Shown here piece by piece: positions 1 to 13,110 of a DNA stretch of 64,000 nt. Under the pieces are notes generated by a model. That model was given only the letters and a program-made list of their open reading frames with translations. It ran no database searches and was not told the DNA's origin. This DNA comes from Octopus vulgaris. Taxonomy: Eukaryota. Every line of letters starts with the position of its first letter. Position 1 is the first letter of the stretch. A program made the translations under genes and the position numbers. The stretch lies in the NCBI GenBank assembly GCA_951406725.2, contig OX597820.1, positions 12,400,001 to 12,464,000 on the forward strand. Direction: 5' to 3'.

Positions 1-148
1 ATTCATATATATATATATACACACACACATACATATATTACGAGACGAAATAAACAAAGGGAATCATTAAATTTTATGCACACATTTGTAATCGGTGTAC
101 AATTGAAAAACGTATTCTTCATCGTGAGATGGCTCCGAGACGATAAGC

Positions 149-216
<68 letters not shown>

Positions 217-2710
217 GTAAAACAGATTTCCCTTTATAAACATCTAATGAATGTGAGTAAATACAAGTAAATATATATATATAAAGTTAAGTGCTTTTGT
301 GTGTATTAAAACGAAGTTAATATTTTTCATAATTTGGGCCCCAAACAATATTTCGGATTTATAGATGAATTATTGATTATAAACTTCGAACTATCTAGAA
401 AATTAAAATACTTACCGAAAAGGAAAAATACAAGCACTGTTTCAAGAATGAACACCTGGGCAGAAATTAAAATTTTCTAAAGTTATATTTGCAATACTTC
501 TAGATATCATATTTTAAAAGGTTTTTTCTTCTAATTGCAATGTAATTTATAGTGACAATACATGTTCTATTTATTAGCGTTTACGGAAAGAAAAAAGTAA
601 CATTTAAATTAATAATATTTCTAGTCGAAACATATTTTTATATCGTGATATTCAGTATCATGTAAGCCATGTGTATCAACATCGTATGAGCCATGTATAT
701 GACAATCTATTTTTTTTATTTCATTCATGCTACTAGGAATCATACTGCTAGGAGTCATATTGCTGTTTGATTCATACTGCCAGGTTTAAATATCATATCA
801 TTTATATTTTCATCTGAATAGACTAGTTTATGAAACCCCTCATTTAAATACCATGTTGGTTGTGAATCCGAAAAATCCGAAAAATCTAAATATTTGTTTG
901 AATGTGAAGGTATTATATTTAGTTTTATTGGCTGCGAATTTCCTTCTGGTATAATTTCATTATCAAGTGTTATATTTATTTTTAATACGTATTACAATAA
1001 GGAATGATTTTTTCCCTAAAAACAATCAATAATGTCATTTACTTATAACGATAATCTATAAACCTTGTAATACGCTGAAGCATTCATGTATGAACTTCAA
1101 CAAAATTCAAATGTTTTAAGATAATTGTCATAACAATTAACACTTATTTGCTACACTACAGATAATGATAAAAATTAGAAAACATTACTGACAGAAAAAA
1201 GTATATCTTTAGGATAAGCTCTTTTGACTTAAATAATTTGTACTCCAACTATTTTAATACAGATCATAACATAGAGGATTTTACTTTTTCTTCAATTATA
1301 GTTCGATAAAAAAAGTGATGTCTATTCAATGTAATATACCGTTATCATATAATATAACATTTTGTCAACTGGAACGAGCAACATACAGTAATTTAATGCG
1401 AAGTCCCTCTATATAAAGAGCACCTGGATTGATACTCGCATTGAGGAAATTCTGTTCATATATTTTGCTTATATCAGTCATACAGATAAACTTTGAAGGA
1501 ATTTATGAAGGAATCTTAATAAGTTATTGTTTATTTAATTAATAGTAGTGCAATATTACTCAACGAAAAATGCTGTAGAACTTTTCGGCATCAATGAATG
1601 TTAGCAAATATTGTCATATTAGAAATAACGTATAATTGTTATTTAATGAGAAAAGTTCCAAATGCTTGCTTGATGAATGAAAAAAGAAGGCTGCTTGAAT
1701 AACCAAGAAAATAATTATCCAAGATTATATATCTAATAAACAACAAAAAATCCGTCATATGAGATGATTTCTGTGCCTATGTTTAGGAAAAAATTATATA
1801 ATTATCGAACTGGCAAATGAATGAACAACATTTTCTTAATTAATTCTTTACTGGCAATGCAACTTTTATAAGGCTATTACTTACAACGTAGGTCGAACAG
1901 TCTTTTGCTATCATCTTTCCACACTAAGATCTCCTTCAGAAATGGAAATAATCGAAGAGATGATACTTTAAAAGACACACAGTTACGAAATCGATAGTTA
2001 TTTCTATAGAATATATTAGCAATTATAGCAGTATCCTAAAGGCTTCCCATCAATGTTTCGCTCAGGCATTGTCATTTTTAGCTGTGTGCTCCGGTAGCCT
2101 AAAGCTCAATGCATTCTTCCCCAAAAGATGATGCATCGAATTATATATTTAATATACAAAAATCAAATGCGAATAAGATCCTCTAAGAATTATCAATAAC
2201 ATTCAATTCTCCTGAAATATATTTAACTCTGAAGAGTTCTTCCAATTCATTCTAGCAATATCCATTTTCTTTCTCTGTTAGAAGAATATGACTAAAATAA
2301 TATAAAAAATGACATCACGTATGCCCGTAGGGGCGCTGCCCGAATATTAGTCAAGCTCACGTTTTGTTTTATTTTCAGAAACTTTATCCTTTCCTATACA
2401 TTGATATTGCTTAACCGGTCACTGTCTGGTCATCTTATATCACTTGTTTAATCAATTCTTTGAAATTCATGTTCATAATTTTTTATTAGTCCCCAAGCCA
2501 TTGAGTCTTCGATTATATTATCAATTTTCACAAGATTTTAAATTGTATTTCCTTAATATCTTTCAAACTTCATTTCTGGTCATAGTATATGTGGAACCTA
2601 TTACAGAAAAAGTCTTTAAGAGAAAGTCAGAGTCATGTTAGGCTTGTTTAAGTCACTGCTGTATATAAACATATGTGCGCGCTTGCGTGTATGTTCATGT
2701 ATGTATGTTA

Positions 2711-2713
<3 letters not shown>

Positions 2714-2759
<46 letters not shown>

Positions 2760-2819
2760 GCATACATGTACGCACGCAAGCACCTATACTCTATATGCTG
2801 GAACGTAGTGGACACGCTT

Positions 2820-2877
<58 letters not shown>

Positions 2878-2918
2878 ATGTGTATATATATATATTTGTA
2901 TGTGTATATATATATATG

Positions 2919-2962
<44 letters not shown>
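2714..2962. repeat. Compound (TA)n microsatellites, representative of dozens of TA/CA/GA/TACA/TCTA/AAT tracts in the window
   Basis: Directly visible; source of the YIYI-, VCVC- and IIII-type ORFs. Confidence 0.98.
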
Positions 2963-2965
<3 letters not shown>

Positions 2966-3119
2966 ATGTTCGTACATATGACCAAAGTGATGTTCCGCCG
3001 AATCATCAATAAAACAATTCATTTACCATTGTGCAGTTTTGGAATTAGAACATTAAAATATCGAATTAGATAGCACAACGGATTTAAAATGCCGCAAAGC
3101 TTTTTATCGGATCTTCTTA

Positions 3120-3300
3120 GCAGTTTTTGAGAAGATGAAGAAATCGATTACATTGACTAGTACATGACTGGTACGTCTTTATTCCTCCCTGGGAGCAATG
3201 AAAGGCAAGGTCGATGTCGTAACTCAGAACGTAAAGACGGTTGAAATTCCGCCAGGCATTTCGTCTGCATGTTAACGATACAGCCAGTTCGCTGCCTTAA
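3120..3300 (-). mobile_element. tRNA-derived SINE family A (Meta/MESC-like core), degenerate
   Basis: Matches the core tgaaaggcaaagtcgac...gaactcagaacgt seen in more than 10 copies in this window. Confidence 0.75.
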
Positions 3301-3399
3301 TAATAATGAGGGTTTCAAATTTCGACAAAAGAAAATCTACACATTTTCTTTGTCGGTGGGCAAGTTTGGCATCTGTTCATAAACTCATCTCTTTGGCGG

Positions 3400-3737
3400 A
3401 AACGCAGTCCTGAGTCAAAAAAATACATAAATTGGGTGCAAGACTTACTGCTTTTTACAAGTAGGGAAATGCAGTTGCTGGAAAATTCACCTTAAAATAT
3501 ATATAGGGATCTGTCGGTGGGTAAGAGCAGTGATGTTCGCAGGGAAACTTTAAGGCGAACTAGTTGGCCTTTTCCGGGGAAATTTCGATCCGGTGACTAC
3601 TATGGATAACTTCTAGAAATCCTTGGTCTGACACTAAGAGCAGTGCTTGTTCGAGATAAGGTCTACAGGCACCGAAGTGTTGCCAGGCAGGACTGCACAA
3701 GATGCGTGTAGACCAACGAAACCGTTGGTCTACATGC
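3400..3737 (+). mobile_element. L1/Tx1-like LINE ORF2 C-terminal relic
   Basis: RAVLVRDKVYRHRSVARQDCTRCV*TNETV resembles the CxxC...ETxxH zinc knuckle. Confidence 0.55.
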
Positions 3738-6658
3738 TTTTTAATTTCTCCTACTTAGGTTCGCTTTTCTGGTCTTACTATTAATGGTTACGTTAGCAGT
3801 TTGCCGTTCCTACTCTCACTCTATCTCATTCAAAATCTTTTCTTTTTACATGAAATAAAAACATGGTAACACAAAAATACTAAGAGACCAAAGCACACCA
3901 GTTCTGCTCAAGCGAAACACATCAAGCAAACTATATTAATATTAATAAAAACAATAATTACTAAATCATAACAAATACCTCAAGGTACCTCGACCATACA
4001 GTGTCAAAATCAATACTGACGTATGAATAGAGAAATCAGTAACGCAATGAGAAAATAATTACAACCAGCCATAAGAGAAATCTTTCCAAGGTTCACTGCT
4101 CCATGTACTCTTTTGCATAATTCTGACATCATTTATACAAACTGTTGAATTAAACCGGTATTAATTATGGATGACTCGGATAAACTTTAAAGAATCTCTT
4201 CTATATGATTGAATTAAACTGTGTCTAAGACGGAACTTTTTCAAATGCGTATATAAAATTAAATACGTCATAAAATAAATATAAGTTTCGACAAATGTAC
4301 CAAAGCTACTACTTAAAAATGCAAAGTAACTTAAACGAAGAGCATTAAATGAGATGCAGTCATCGAAATTCGAGTATTACTAAAGACGCACAATTACACA
4401 TTTACACATATCACGGATATGATTTGATGCAGCACAGAAATGAAGGATGAAATTTGTGTAAAGAGCCTCTTCAACTTCTGAACAAAAGCTGGTGTTGACG
4501 AGGAGGGTTTTTTGGTTTGTTTCACTGATTTTGTTGTCGTTGTTGTGGCTGTTACTTTTGTTGAGCCTTTTGGTGTTCGTTTGAAAGTTATTGCTTCTTC
4601 TTTTTCCCCAAACTTGCTATGTTAGTTGTTGTGATTGCGGTTTTGGATATTGCTGTTTTGCCGCTGGTTCTAGTTATGCTAGTTTTGAAGGATTAGGTGG
4701 TTAGTTTTCTGAAACCCGTCGAGTTCCCTGGCTTTGGATACGGGTGGCCCTTTCAGTTTCTACGTTTTTCTTAGAGCGAAAAGCTACATTTATATGTTGT
4801 TGCCAACCTAATTTCCATCTATTAATATATTATTTATATAATCTCACTATCTCATTCGTTGGCATTTCATTACCTCTTTTTCTACAATTACCCTCATGTT
4901 ATCAATTTCTCCCTCTTCCTAGTTTTCATTTTATATGAATATCCGAAACGATTTATGTATCGAAGTACCTGTTTTAAGTTAATTCTAAAATTCACTATCA
5001 GAAAACAGCAACAATTCTGTTACGTGTTTAAGTGAATATGGTACGTGATATCTCGATGCAACTGCGTATATTTATTTTTATGGAATCATTTCCTTTCACA
5101 CACCATAAATCACATTAACAATGTTACTGCCAGAAGTTACTCAGAGAAAACAACTTGTTAGGTAGTGTTGCTATATTTAATGCAAAAATCATCAAAATAC
5201 CGTGATTCTCTTGTTAGTGTTTTGTCAAATACAGTGAAGTTTGTACTTTGCTAAGATGCTTTGATAAGATTGAAACAGGTTCGAGTAAAAATGATCAAAA
5301 CTATATTAACTGTTGAAATAATATATTTTTCGTCGCATAAAGGAATACCTTTTCTCATGATTACTGCATTAAATACATTAACAAAAGTAACTTATGTACA
5401 CTTATCCAATGTGTGTTCAGTTTTACTGATGTGGAAGGATATCATATGTGTGCCAGTAATATGATTATTTGTAAACTTTACAGAGATGTGCTTACGAATA
5501 TATCTGCTAAAATAGTTGCGTTAAGTATAGAGACTATTTTTTTATGAATAAATCTATTACACGAGTTAAGGTGCAACAGTTCAATAACGCGTTATGTGCA
5601 TGAGCTGTGTCATGTGACTTGATTATATTTCTCACAATGTATAACCGTGTGGTGTGTACACTATTTCCCATAGTATTATTTTGTAGGTGGCAGATTCTTT
5701 ACATTCCTCATGGTGTAATTTGCACGTTATGTCTACCGTTTCTATCTTAATCATATTATATAATTTCCTGATTATGACGTGAAGATTTTGAGAAGTGACT
5801 GTCGTTCGTCAATGCTTTTAGTTTCCCGAACGAGTTTTTTTTACTAAACTGAAAGAAGTTAATATTTTATCATCTAATTTATTTCGTTTCACTGTTTCTC
5901 CTGCTGCTATTCATAATGTTGCATCTGCTGTCACAAGTATTAAAGTTCTAGCATTTTGTAGATCATTCTCATGTCCCTCACATACTCTGAGTTCGATCAA
6001 GGAGAAGTTATACGTTTGCTTATACATGGCTACATATACAGTGTTATGTACACATGGTTAGTTCTATGACATAATTTACTATAGACAGTAGACTTCACAT
6101 TGCTCTTCTCTTAACTTCCATAAAAATATTTAATTAAATTTGTGATTTTATTCGAAAATGGTTGCCTGAAATATTAAAGTATGTAGTTATAAATATTTAA
6201 AGACGTATTTTTTGTGCAGGTGTAATTCTTATTAAGCGCTGTATTTTCTTCATATTTTCATTGTATGACGTTTGCATAACAAGACATCTACTTCCTATAC
6301 CACTTGAATCACATTTGCAGGAATGACTAATGCACATTAGTTTCACTCAAGGATCGAATGACACACGCATCCATCTGATTGATCACTTGGCCACATTACC
6401 ACATTCTAATCCATTCATTACTGCTTTATCGTATAGTGTATAGTAGTCTACTGAATTTGGATTAAAATATTTGCTATATTATGTTATTTTTGTCTCTGTA
6501 TTTGCGAAGTCGTTAACTGAACTTTGTACACGACAAATGTCTATTCAGTTGTTTGTTGTTAATAGTTTAGATAAAAGTGTTTCTATAAAGAAAAGAAATC
6601 AAGTAAGATTCATAGCAAATAGAGAATGAAATAAACCTAGAGAAAAATAATAAATATA

Positions 6659-6915
6659 CAATTGCAGCGTGGAAGGTGTTTGTAAGCCATTTAAGAAACA
6701 CAAAAGCCGTTCGATTCACTTCAACATTGTCAGTGAACAGGTCGCGGATTTTAGCGACGAAAATATTTTGACAAATAAAACTTAAATGTTGAAGTGAATC
6801 GAACGGCTTTTGTGTGTTTCTTAAATGGCTTACAAACACCTTCCACGCTGCAATTGTTCTCGTTCCAGCACACGATCTCAGATCAAATCACTTGCTATGC
6901 GAGTACATCTCCGTA
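6659..6915 (+). mobile_element. Fold-back element (Penelope pLTR/retrozyme-like), family 1 copy A
   Basis: ~70-bp inverted arms (6659-6728 and 6785-6856), one extended to ...gagtacatctccgta. A near-identical copy lies at 26012-26331 in the opposite orientation. Confidence 0.75.
6727..6774 (+). ncRNA. Minimal type-I hammerhead ribozyme-like motif with G3-C8 core
   Basis: TTGTCA GTGAACA G GTCGC-ggatttta-GCGAC GAAA ATAT TT TGACAA: stem I, stem II, GAAA and palindromic stem III AATATT are all present. Confidence 0.65.
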
Positions 6916-7399
6916 ATAATAAATATAAAATCCCAAAACAAAGCAAATTAATAAATATGATTATAAAGATAGAAATTACCAAACAAGAGAGCAAAGAATA
7001 AAGGCGTCGTTAAAGAAGTGCATATATGGTATTGCATGCAGAGGTTTAAGCGGATAAAGATGAACGTGGGGAATAGAGAAGCAGTTTCTTGCTATTAAGG
7101 ATAATGATACGATACTGCCATTAAGGACATTGATATATATTTTCCTTAAATGAATTGCCGTTTGCAACAATATATTATTAGTGCGGCATAAAGTTCAAAC
7201 ATATATCCTCACCTTCATCATTATATGTTGTACTAATTATTCTTCAACACACTCAGGTACGAAACAGCCGCCGACATGTCCATGTCCATTTGTATCAGAG
7301 CCTTTGTGAAAAGAAACGAACTTTCAAAAACAATCTAAAGCAGCGAAGATCAGTTTAATTAATAACTTAGGAAAATAATTCGGTTGTAGTACCCATTGC

Positions 7400-7439
<40 letters not shown>

Positions 7440-7440
7440 G

Positions 7441-7778
7441 TGAAGGCGCATGACTCAGTGGTAAGATCGTTGAGCTTACGATCGCGAGATTGTGAGTTCG
7501 AATCCCGGACCGGGCTGCGTGTTGTGTTCTTGAGCAAGACACTTTATTTCACATTGCTCCAGTTTACTCAGCTGTAGAAATGAGTTGCGACATCACAGGT
7601 GCCAAGCTGTATCGGCTTTTGACTTTCCCTTGGATAACATCAGTGGTGGCGAGAGAGGAGGCTGGTATGCATGGGCGACTGCTGGTCTTCCATAAACAAC
7701 CTTGTCCGGACTTGTACCTGGGAGGGTAACTTTCTAGGTGGTGCAATCCCATGGTCATTCATGACCGAAGGGTGTCTC
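7441..7778 (+). mobile_element. tRNA-derived SINE family B inserted in (ATT)n
   Basis: A-box/B-box-like head (tgactcagtggtaaga...gagttcgaatcccg). A homologous copy lies at 60531-60865. Confidence 0.9.
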
Positions 7779-7780
7779 AG

Positions 7781-7862
<82 letters not shown>

Positions 7863-9274
7863 TCACTAAGCAGTGTGTAATAAGTTTCTAATAATAGTAT
7901 TGTATAAGGCTAAATATAGTAAAACATTTGGTTTTATAATTGACCTTTCAGTATTAAGATCTCCCTTGAACAATGAAATAGGAGTTAGATTTTAGAGTTC
8001 TTTCAGACATTTTGTCGTTTTTGTCTCAATGCATTATGGCTATTATCTATACAGAGAATGTACTGGCGTCATAGAAATAATAGACCACATACACTTTACG
8101 TTTTACAAAGTTTATAGTAATCATTTTACATTCTGATCGCAAAATCTACTTCGGCCGACCTTTATCATTTTAGCATCAGCTGAATTTGAAAAACGCATGA
8201 ATCTGATCAATGAAATCGCCAACAATTTATCGCATTTTGCCAATTTAAGTAACTAATTTCATAGTTGTTCTAATAGTCCAACTAAGTAGTTTAGTTTTAC
8301 TAATTATACTTGTAGTATTAGGCCTTCTATTATTCATTTATACTAATTTTACTTTTAAAATCATGGCTCAGGAAAATCCCTTTTTCCATCAAGTTCAACA
8401 AAACATAGGTGTAGTTATTTGAAAGAGTTTTAATTTATAATTTACCACTTGTATATAAGAGTGTATAGTTACCGATACTGATGCACTCATATTTTCACAT
8501 TCCACTCATATGAAATAAATATTATATATCACCAGCACATTTCCCTGGAAACACCTTATAAAATCTTGGACAAATTCAAATTAAATGTATATCCAAGAAT
8601 TTTATATCTCTTCTTTCAGTCGTTTGAGATTTTTCTAAAACACTTTTTTTAAACAAAGCTAAATGGAAACAATAACAGTTATTGATTAGCTCGTCCTATT
8701 AATTCCATTTATGAGAAATGTATATTATGTGTTTACCTTTCGGCTACCATATATTTACTTCTGATAATATGAAAACGTAGTCTAAAATTCATACTTATGA
8801 AGGAAAATAGGATTTTCGAATTAGTTTTTTTAGAAACAGTACATTTAAAATATGTCAAGAGTTGACTATTTTTGAAGCTGTTTTATGCTATGCTCTGTAA
8901 CACATTTTATGTAATATAATTTTGTTTTAAGATATATTTGACAGCTCAAGTAAGATTCACGATTAAATATTGTTATTACTAATCCAAAACTAAAATTTAA
9001 ACACTTTTTTCAAAATAATAGAAATAAGAGATGTGATTTTTCACAGTTGTAGTATCAATTTGCTGATTTTTTCAGTAATTACTAACACATAAATGCAATT
9101 TTCTTACACCGATAATATTTCAAATGTGATTTGACTGTGTGTGATATGAATAAACACTGTTAGTTTTAAATCGTACGTTTTATCCCTGCTATTCATTTAC
9201 TAATCAGTTTCTGCTTCGTTTATTTATTTTTTTTAATGTTTTACTCCATACCACCAAAACTAAAATATCTACAG

Positions 9275-9396
9275 GCGTTGGTAGCTGAGACTTTGATATT
9301 AGCGAAAACCCATGGCTACGCGGATAAGATTGAAAATGAGTTGGAAGAAGAATTGCGTCGTGACAGTAAGGGGCCCCCAAAAGAAATTTCGGCGAG
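9275..9396 (+). CDS. Internal coding exon, N-terminal cytoplasmic region of Hv-like proton channel (ALVAETLILAKTHGYADKIENELEEELRRDSKGPPKEISA-R)
   Basis: ctacag acceptor, 122-nt open frame, AG|gtaagt donor. It ends in phase 2, and AG+A forms an Arg codon with the exon at 46924, giving ...KEISARLRRKGEMFFHSRF. The link across 37.5 kb is inferred from phase only. Confidence 0.7.
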
Positions 9397-9746
9397 GTAA
9401 GTGTTCGGTTTGGCATATTTAGAATTTTATGTGGTATTAATTTCAAATGAACATCGAATATAAAGAGACTCTTTGCAGGTAGCATGAATTTGCTAATGTG
9501 GGGAATATCTACCATATCAGTGTAGAATAATTGTTAGCTTAAGAAATATTTTAATGCAAACTGGTATTTCAAACTCCAAGAGTAAATTGCGTTTATAAAT
9601 CGGATGATTTCTGACACGACTAACTTCTCTGGTTTCGGGAAGGGAAACCGTTAATGGATTCTTCATTTTCCTTACACTTGCCTTTTTAATAATAGGAGAA
9701 CCCTGTTTTTATTGATATATGACTTATATAAAACACACAGACACAG

Positions 9747-9797
<51 letters not shown>

Positions 9798-11049
9798 CAC
9801 ACAAACACACATCAATATATTGAAATTTAAATGAAAAAAAGCTTCGATTATTATTTGAAATAACCCGAACGCTGGGAACATACATATCTTTTAAATTAAT
9901 GTTCTATCAAAAACGTTTCCTTTCATTTCTCAAACTAACGTTTCCACGTGACCGTTGGCTGGTTAAAAGTAAAAATAATATAACTGTGTAATGCAGCAAA
10001 ACGATTTTTTCCCATCTGCGACAACTAAAAAGTTGATACATTTATAAAAAATTATTTCTGGATTATAAAATATTTGAAGTTAACTGCAAGACCTCACAAC
10101 TATTAAAAGATTTAGAATATGCATAATAATATTATACCTAAAGAATTATGAACAATATATTTTCATAAATAAATTTTCGTGTAAATTCTATGTGACAGTC
10201 ATACAGTAATTTATATTAATTATATATTGCTAGACAACCTAATAAAACTTCAAGCTATGCTTCGATAACCCTATTGAAGAGTTGTAGTCAATTATATAGC
10301 TTCGGGGAAGTTTATATGTAGCACATATTTTAACGATTTGTTTCATAACACCGCTAAGAAATACATAGGCCATTCATTTGTCAAACGCTGTGATCATAAA
10401 GTCAAACATAGAGACAAGTATATGCAGAAAATGATACACAGAGACACAAATGTAGTTACACTCACAAACATGCATACAAAGACACACATAAATGTATTCA
10501 TGCTTGTGTCTATACATGCATATACATGTATACATAGGCACATGCAAACACAGTTGTAGAAAGAGTCTTTCTACGATGCTCAATATTTTCCTTGTCACTA
10601 AATCTCAACGTTTTCATGTCTGAAAGAGTAACCAATATATCTCGCTCAACTGTTCCCATTTCATTTCGCTCACTTTTCTTCCAGCTTACTTATTACATAA
10701 ATTGTTAGAAAGATAGAAAGACAGAAAGATAGTTGATAAGAATAGAAGAAATCTATTTATATATCGTTGCAGGAAAGGGATTCTCGATGTAGGACATACA
10801 GTGAGAACTTTTATGTAATGATTTAAAAGTACTAAAAGCATTCAGGTCGACATAATTTTCGTTGCGATTTTACTTGCCTGTACATACATACGTACAAAAG
10901 TGCATACATAAAAAATACATAAGTGACCACACATATATGTATATATATGCATATATATATATGCATGTATATATTTGTATGTATGCATGTATGTATGTAT
11001 GTATTTATGTATGTATGAATGTATGTGTGTATGTATGCATGTATGCATG

Positions 11050-11215
11050 TATGCCCGTGTGTGTCTTTGTATCTGCGTTTGCCCACACCAGCGCTTGACA
11101 ACCGGTAGAATACATACCAGGTTTTAAAATAAAATTAATGGAATCGATGCGTTCAATTAAAACTCTTACAGACGGTACCCCAGCATTTCTGCAGTCTAAA
11201 AAAGCGATAAAAGCA
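11050..11215 (+). mobile_element. SINE family C 3' fragment
   Basis: cgcttgacaaccggt...cggtaccccagcat..ctgcagtc matches the family C 3' half. Confidence 0.6.
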
Positions 11216-11292
11216 GTACATATATACGTATCCTATATACATATATAATACATGTATGTAGGTATATATAGATGTTTGTATGTGTGTGTGTA

Positions 11293-11335
<43 letters not shown>

Positions 11336-11337
11336 AC

Positions 11338-11369
<32 letters not shown>

Positions 11370-11432
11370 TAATAATAAAATGACAACAAACGAATCAAAC
11401 TTCGATATTAGGTAAATAGAAGAATTTATATA

Positions 11433-11624
11433 TGTATAGTTTAGGACAATCAGTAAGTTGTCAAAATAGGACTCAGAGTTTCAAATGTCGGATCTAAAAG
11501 CTACGACGCATTCTCAACCTCTATGTTATAATAGCCGATGAGAATGCATCGTAGCTCTTAGCAACGGCATTTGAAACGCTGAGTCCTATTATGGCAACTT
11601 ACAGATAGTTCTAAACTATATATG
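11433..11624. mobile_element. Fold-back element with imperfect ~85-bp arms, hammerhead-bearing
   Basis: 11433-11516 is the diverged reverse complement of 11539-11624; TA/TG repeats flank it. Confidence 0.7.
11528..11592 (+). ncRNA. Type-I hammerhead ribozyme-like motif (CCGAUGA core, GUC site)
   Basis: ATAATAG CCGATGA GAATGC...GCATTT GAAA CGCTGA GTC CTATTAT: 7-bp stem I, 6-bp stem II base, GUC triplet ending at 11585. Confidence 0.65.
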
Positions 11625-12420
11625 TGTATGAATGTGTGTGTGTGAGTGTGTGTTTTATGCAATGTTTGAATTTGTATTTATAAATCAATATGAATTAAGT
11701 AATTGTGTATGTTATGAATGCTTAAGGTGCTTTTTATATCTGCATAGTAGATTAAACGAAAGAAGACTTTTTCAAAATTTGTTACTGTGAACAAGACCAA
11801 TTTGTTATCCGGTAGTGTGAATAATTTCCTTTTAATTATTATAATGATCTCCTTGCAAATATCATTGCAATATATAGGTTCTGGTGGAAATCAGACATTT
11901 TAAATGTGATAAAGGGAAATGAGCATCAGCCACAGAACGGAAGTATGATATCGGAAGATAATAGGTACGAATGTTAGACATAAAGGTAAAATAAATGAAA
12001 GATAGAACGACAAAAAGAATAAAGTGTAAAAAAAATGCTTGAGTTAGAGCAATAATATCAGCTGTCTGCCTGTATTGTGGCTCTAACTGGGTGATTCGCA
12101 AGTTTCTAAGTAGGTACATTTCAATATGTCTGCATTTTTTAATTACCTATGATCTAAAGTTTATAAACGATATTGTTTCCGTAGTCCACGAGAGATACTT
12201 CTTTTTTCTCTCTATTGTATAAAGATCATAACTTTCATTTCAAACCTTACAATATTGCAAGTATGTTATATATCTTACCTTGGCATGCACACCATGCTTA
12301 ATCGAAGGAGAGATACCTGACAACATTTATGGACGAGATATTCACCTTAACGGTGAATAATGTGCATCTTTTTATCAAGTACAATTCGGTATTATTTATA
12401 GTAATTAGCAAATATTGTAC

Positions 12421-12489
<69 letters not shown>

Positions 12490-12553
12490 TTGTGAGTGTA
12501 CGTATATATATATATATATATATCATACATACATGTACATATATATATATATT

Positions 12554-12598
<45 letters not shown>

Positions 12599-12644
12599 GA
12601 AATATAAAATATAAAATACACGTGGAAATGTAAGGGTAAAATAG

Positions 12645-13022
12645 GAAAAATCAACGAAAATGCACATTGCAAATAAAAAAATCCTATTTATGACAGGTAA
12701 CGAAAAATATATACATTTAGATTGACTGAGGTAGTAATACAAGTCATAAAAGCCATTATCATGAAATGATTATAAGATGATAATAAAGTAAGAGAACAAA
12801 GCGAACCATGGTTTACGCAAACTATTCATCGTTTTGATGAATAGCTTTGCGTAAACCATGGTTCGCTTTGTTCTCTTACTTTATTATCATCTTATAATCA
12901 TTTCATGATAATGACTTTTATGATTCATATAACTACCTCAGTCAATCTAAATGTATATATTTGTCGTTACCTGTCATAGATAGCATTTTTTTATTTGCAA
13001 TGTGTATTTTCGTTGATTTTTC
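12645..13022. repeat. Long palindrome, ~185-bp arms, 5-nt loop, between (TA)n tracts
   Basis: 12645-12830 is the reverse complement of 12836-13022, nearly perfect near the centre (ttcatc gtttt gatgaa). Confidence 0.9.
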
Positions 13023-13061
13023 ATATAAATATATATTTACATATATATATAAATATATATA

Positions 13062-13110
<49 letters not shown>

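Noticed and set aside
2323-2340. CTCF-like motif cccgtaggggcgctg
   Set aside because: One base short of the core spacing; a single motif is not supportable.
7441-7515. tRNA gene
   Set aside because: The A/B boxes are the head of a multicopy SINE, and it continues into SINE body.
8363-8410. Candidate start exon MAQENPFFHQVQQNIG for the Hv gene
   Set aside because: The ATG context is good, but the only phase-0 donor (gtagtt) is weak and there is no homology support.
12834-12870. Functional hammerhead at the centre of the large palindrome
   Set aside because: It lacks GAAA (gtaaa in both arms), a clear stem II and the 5' strand of stem I.
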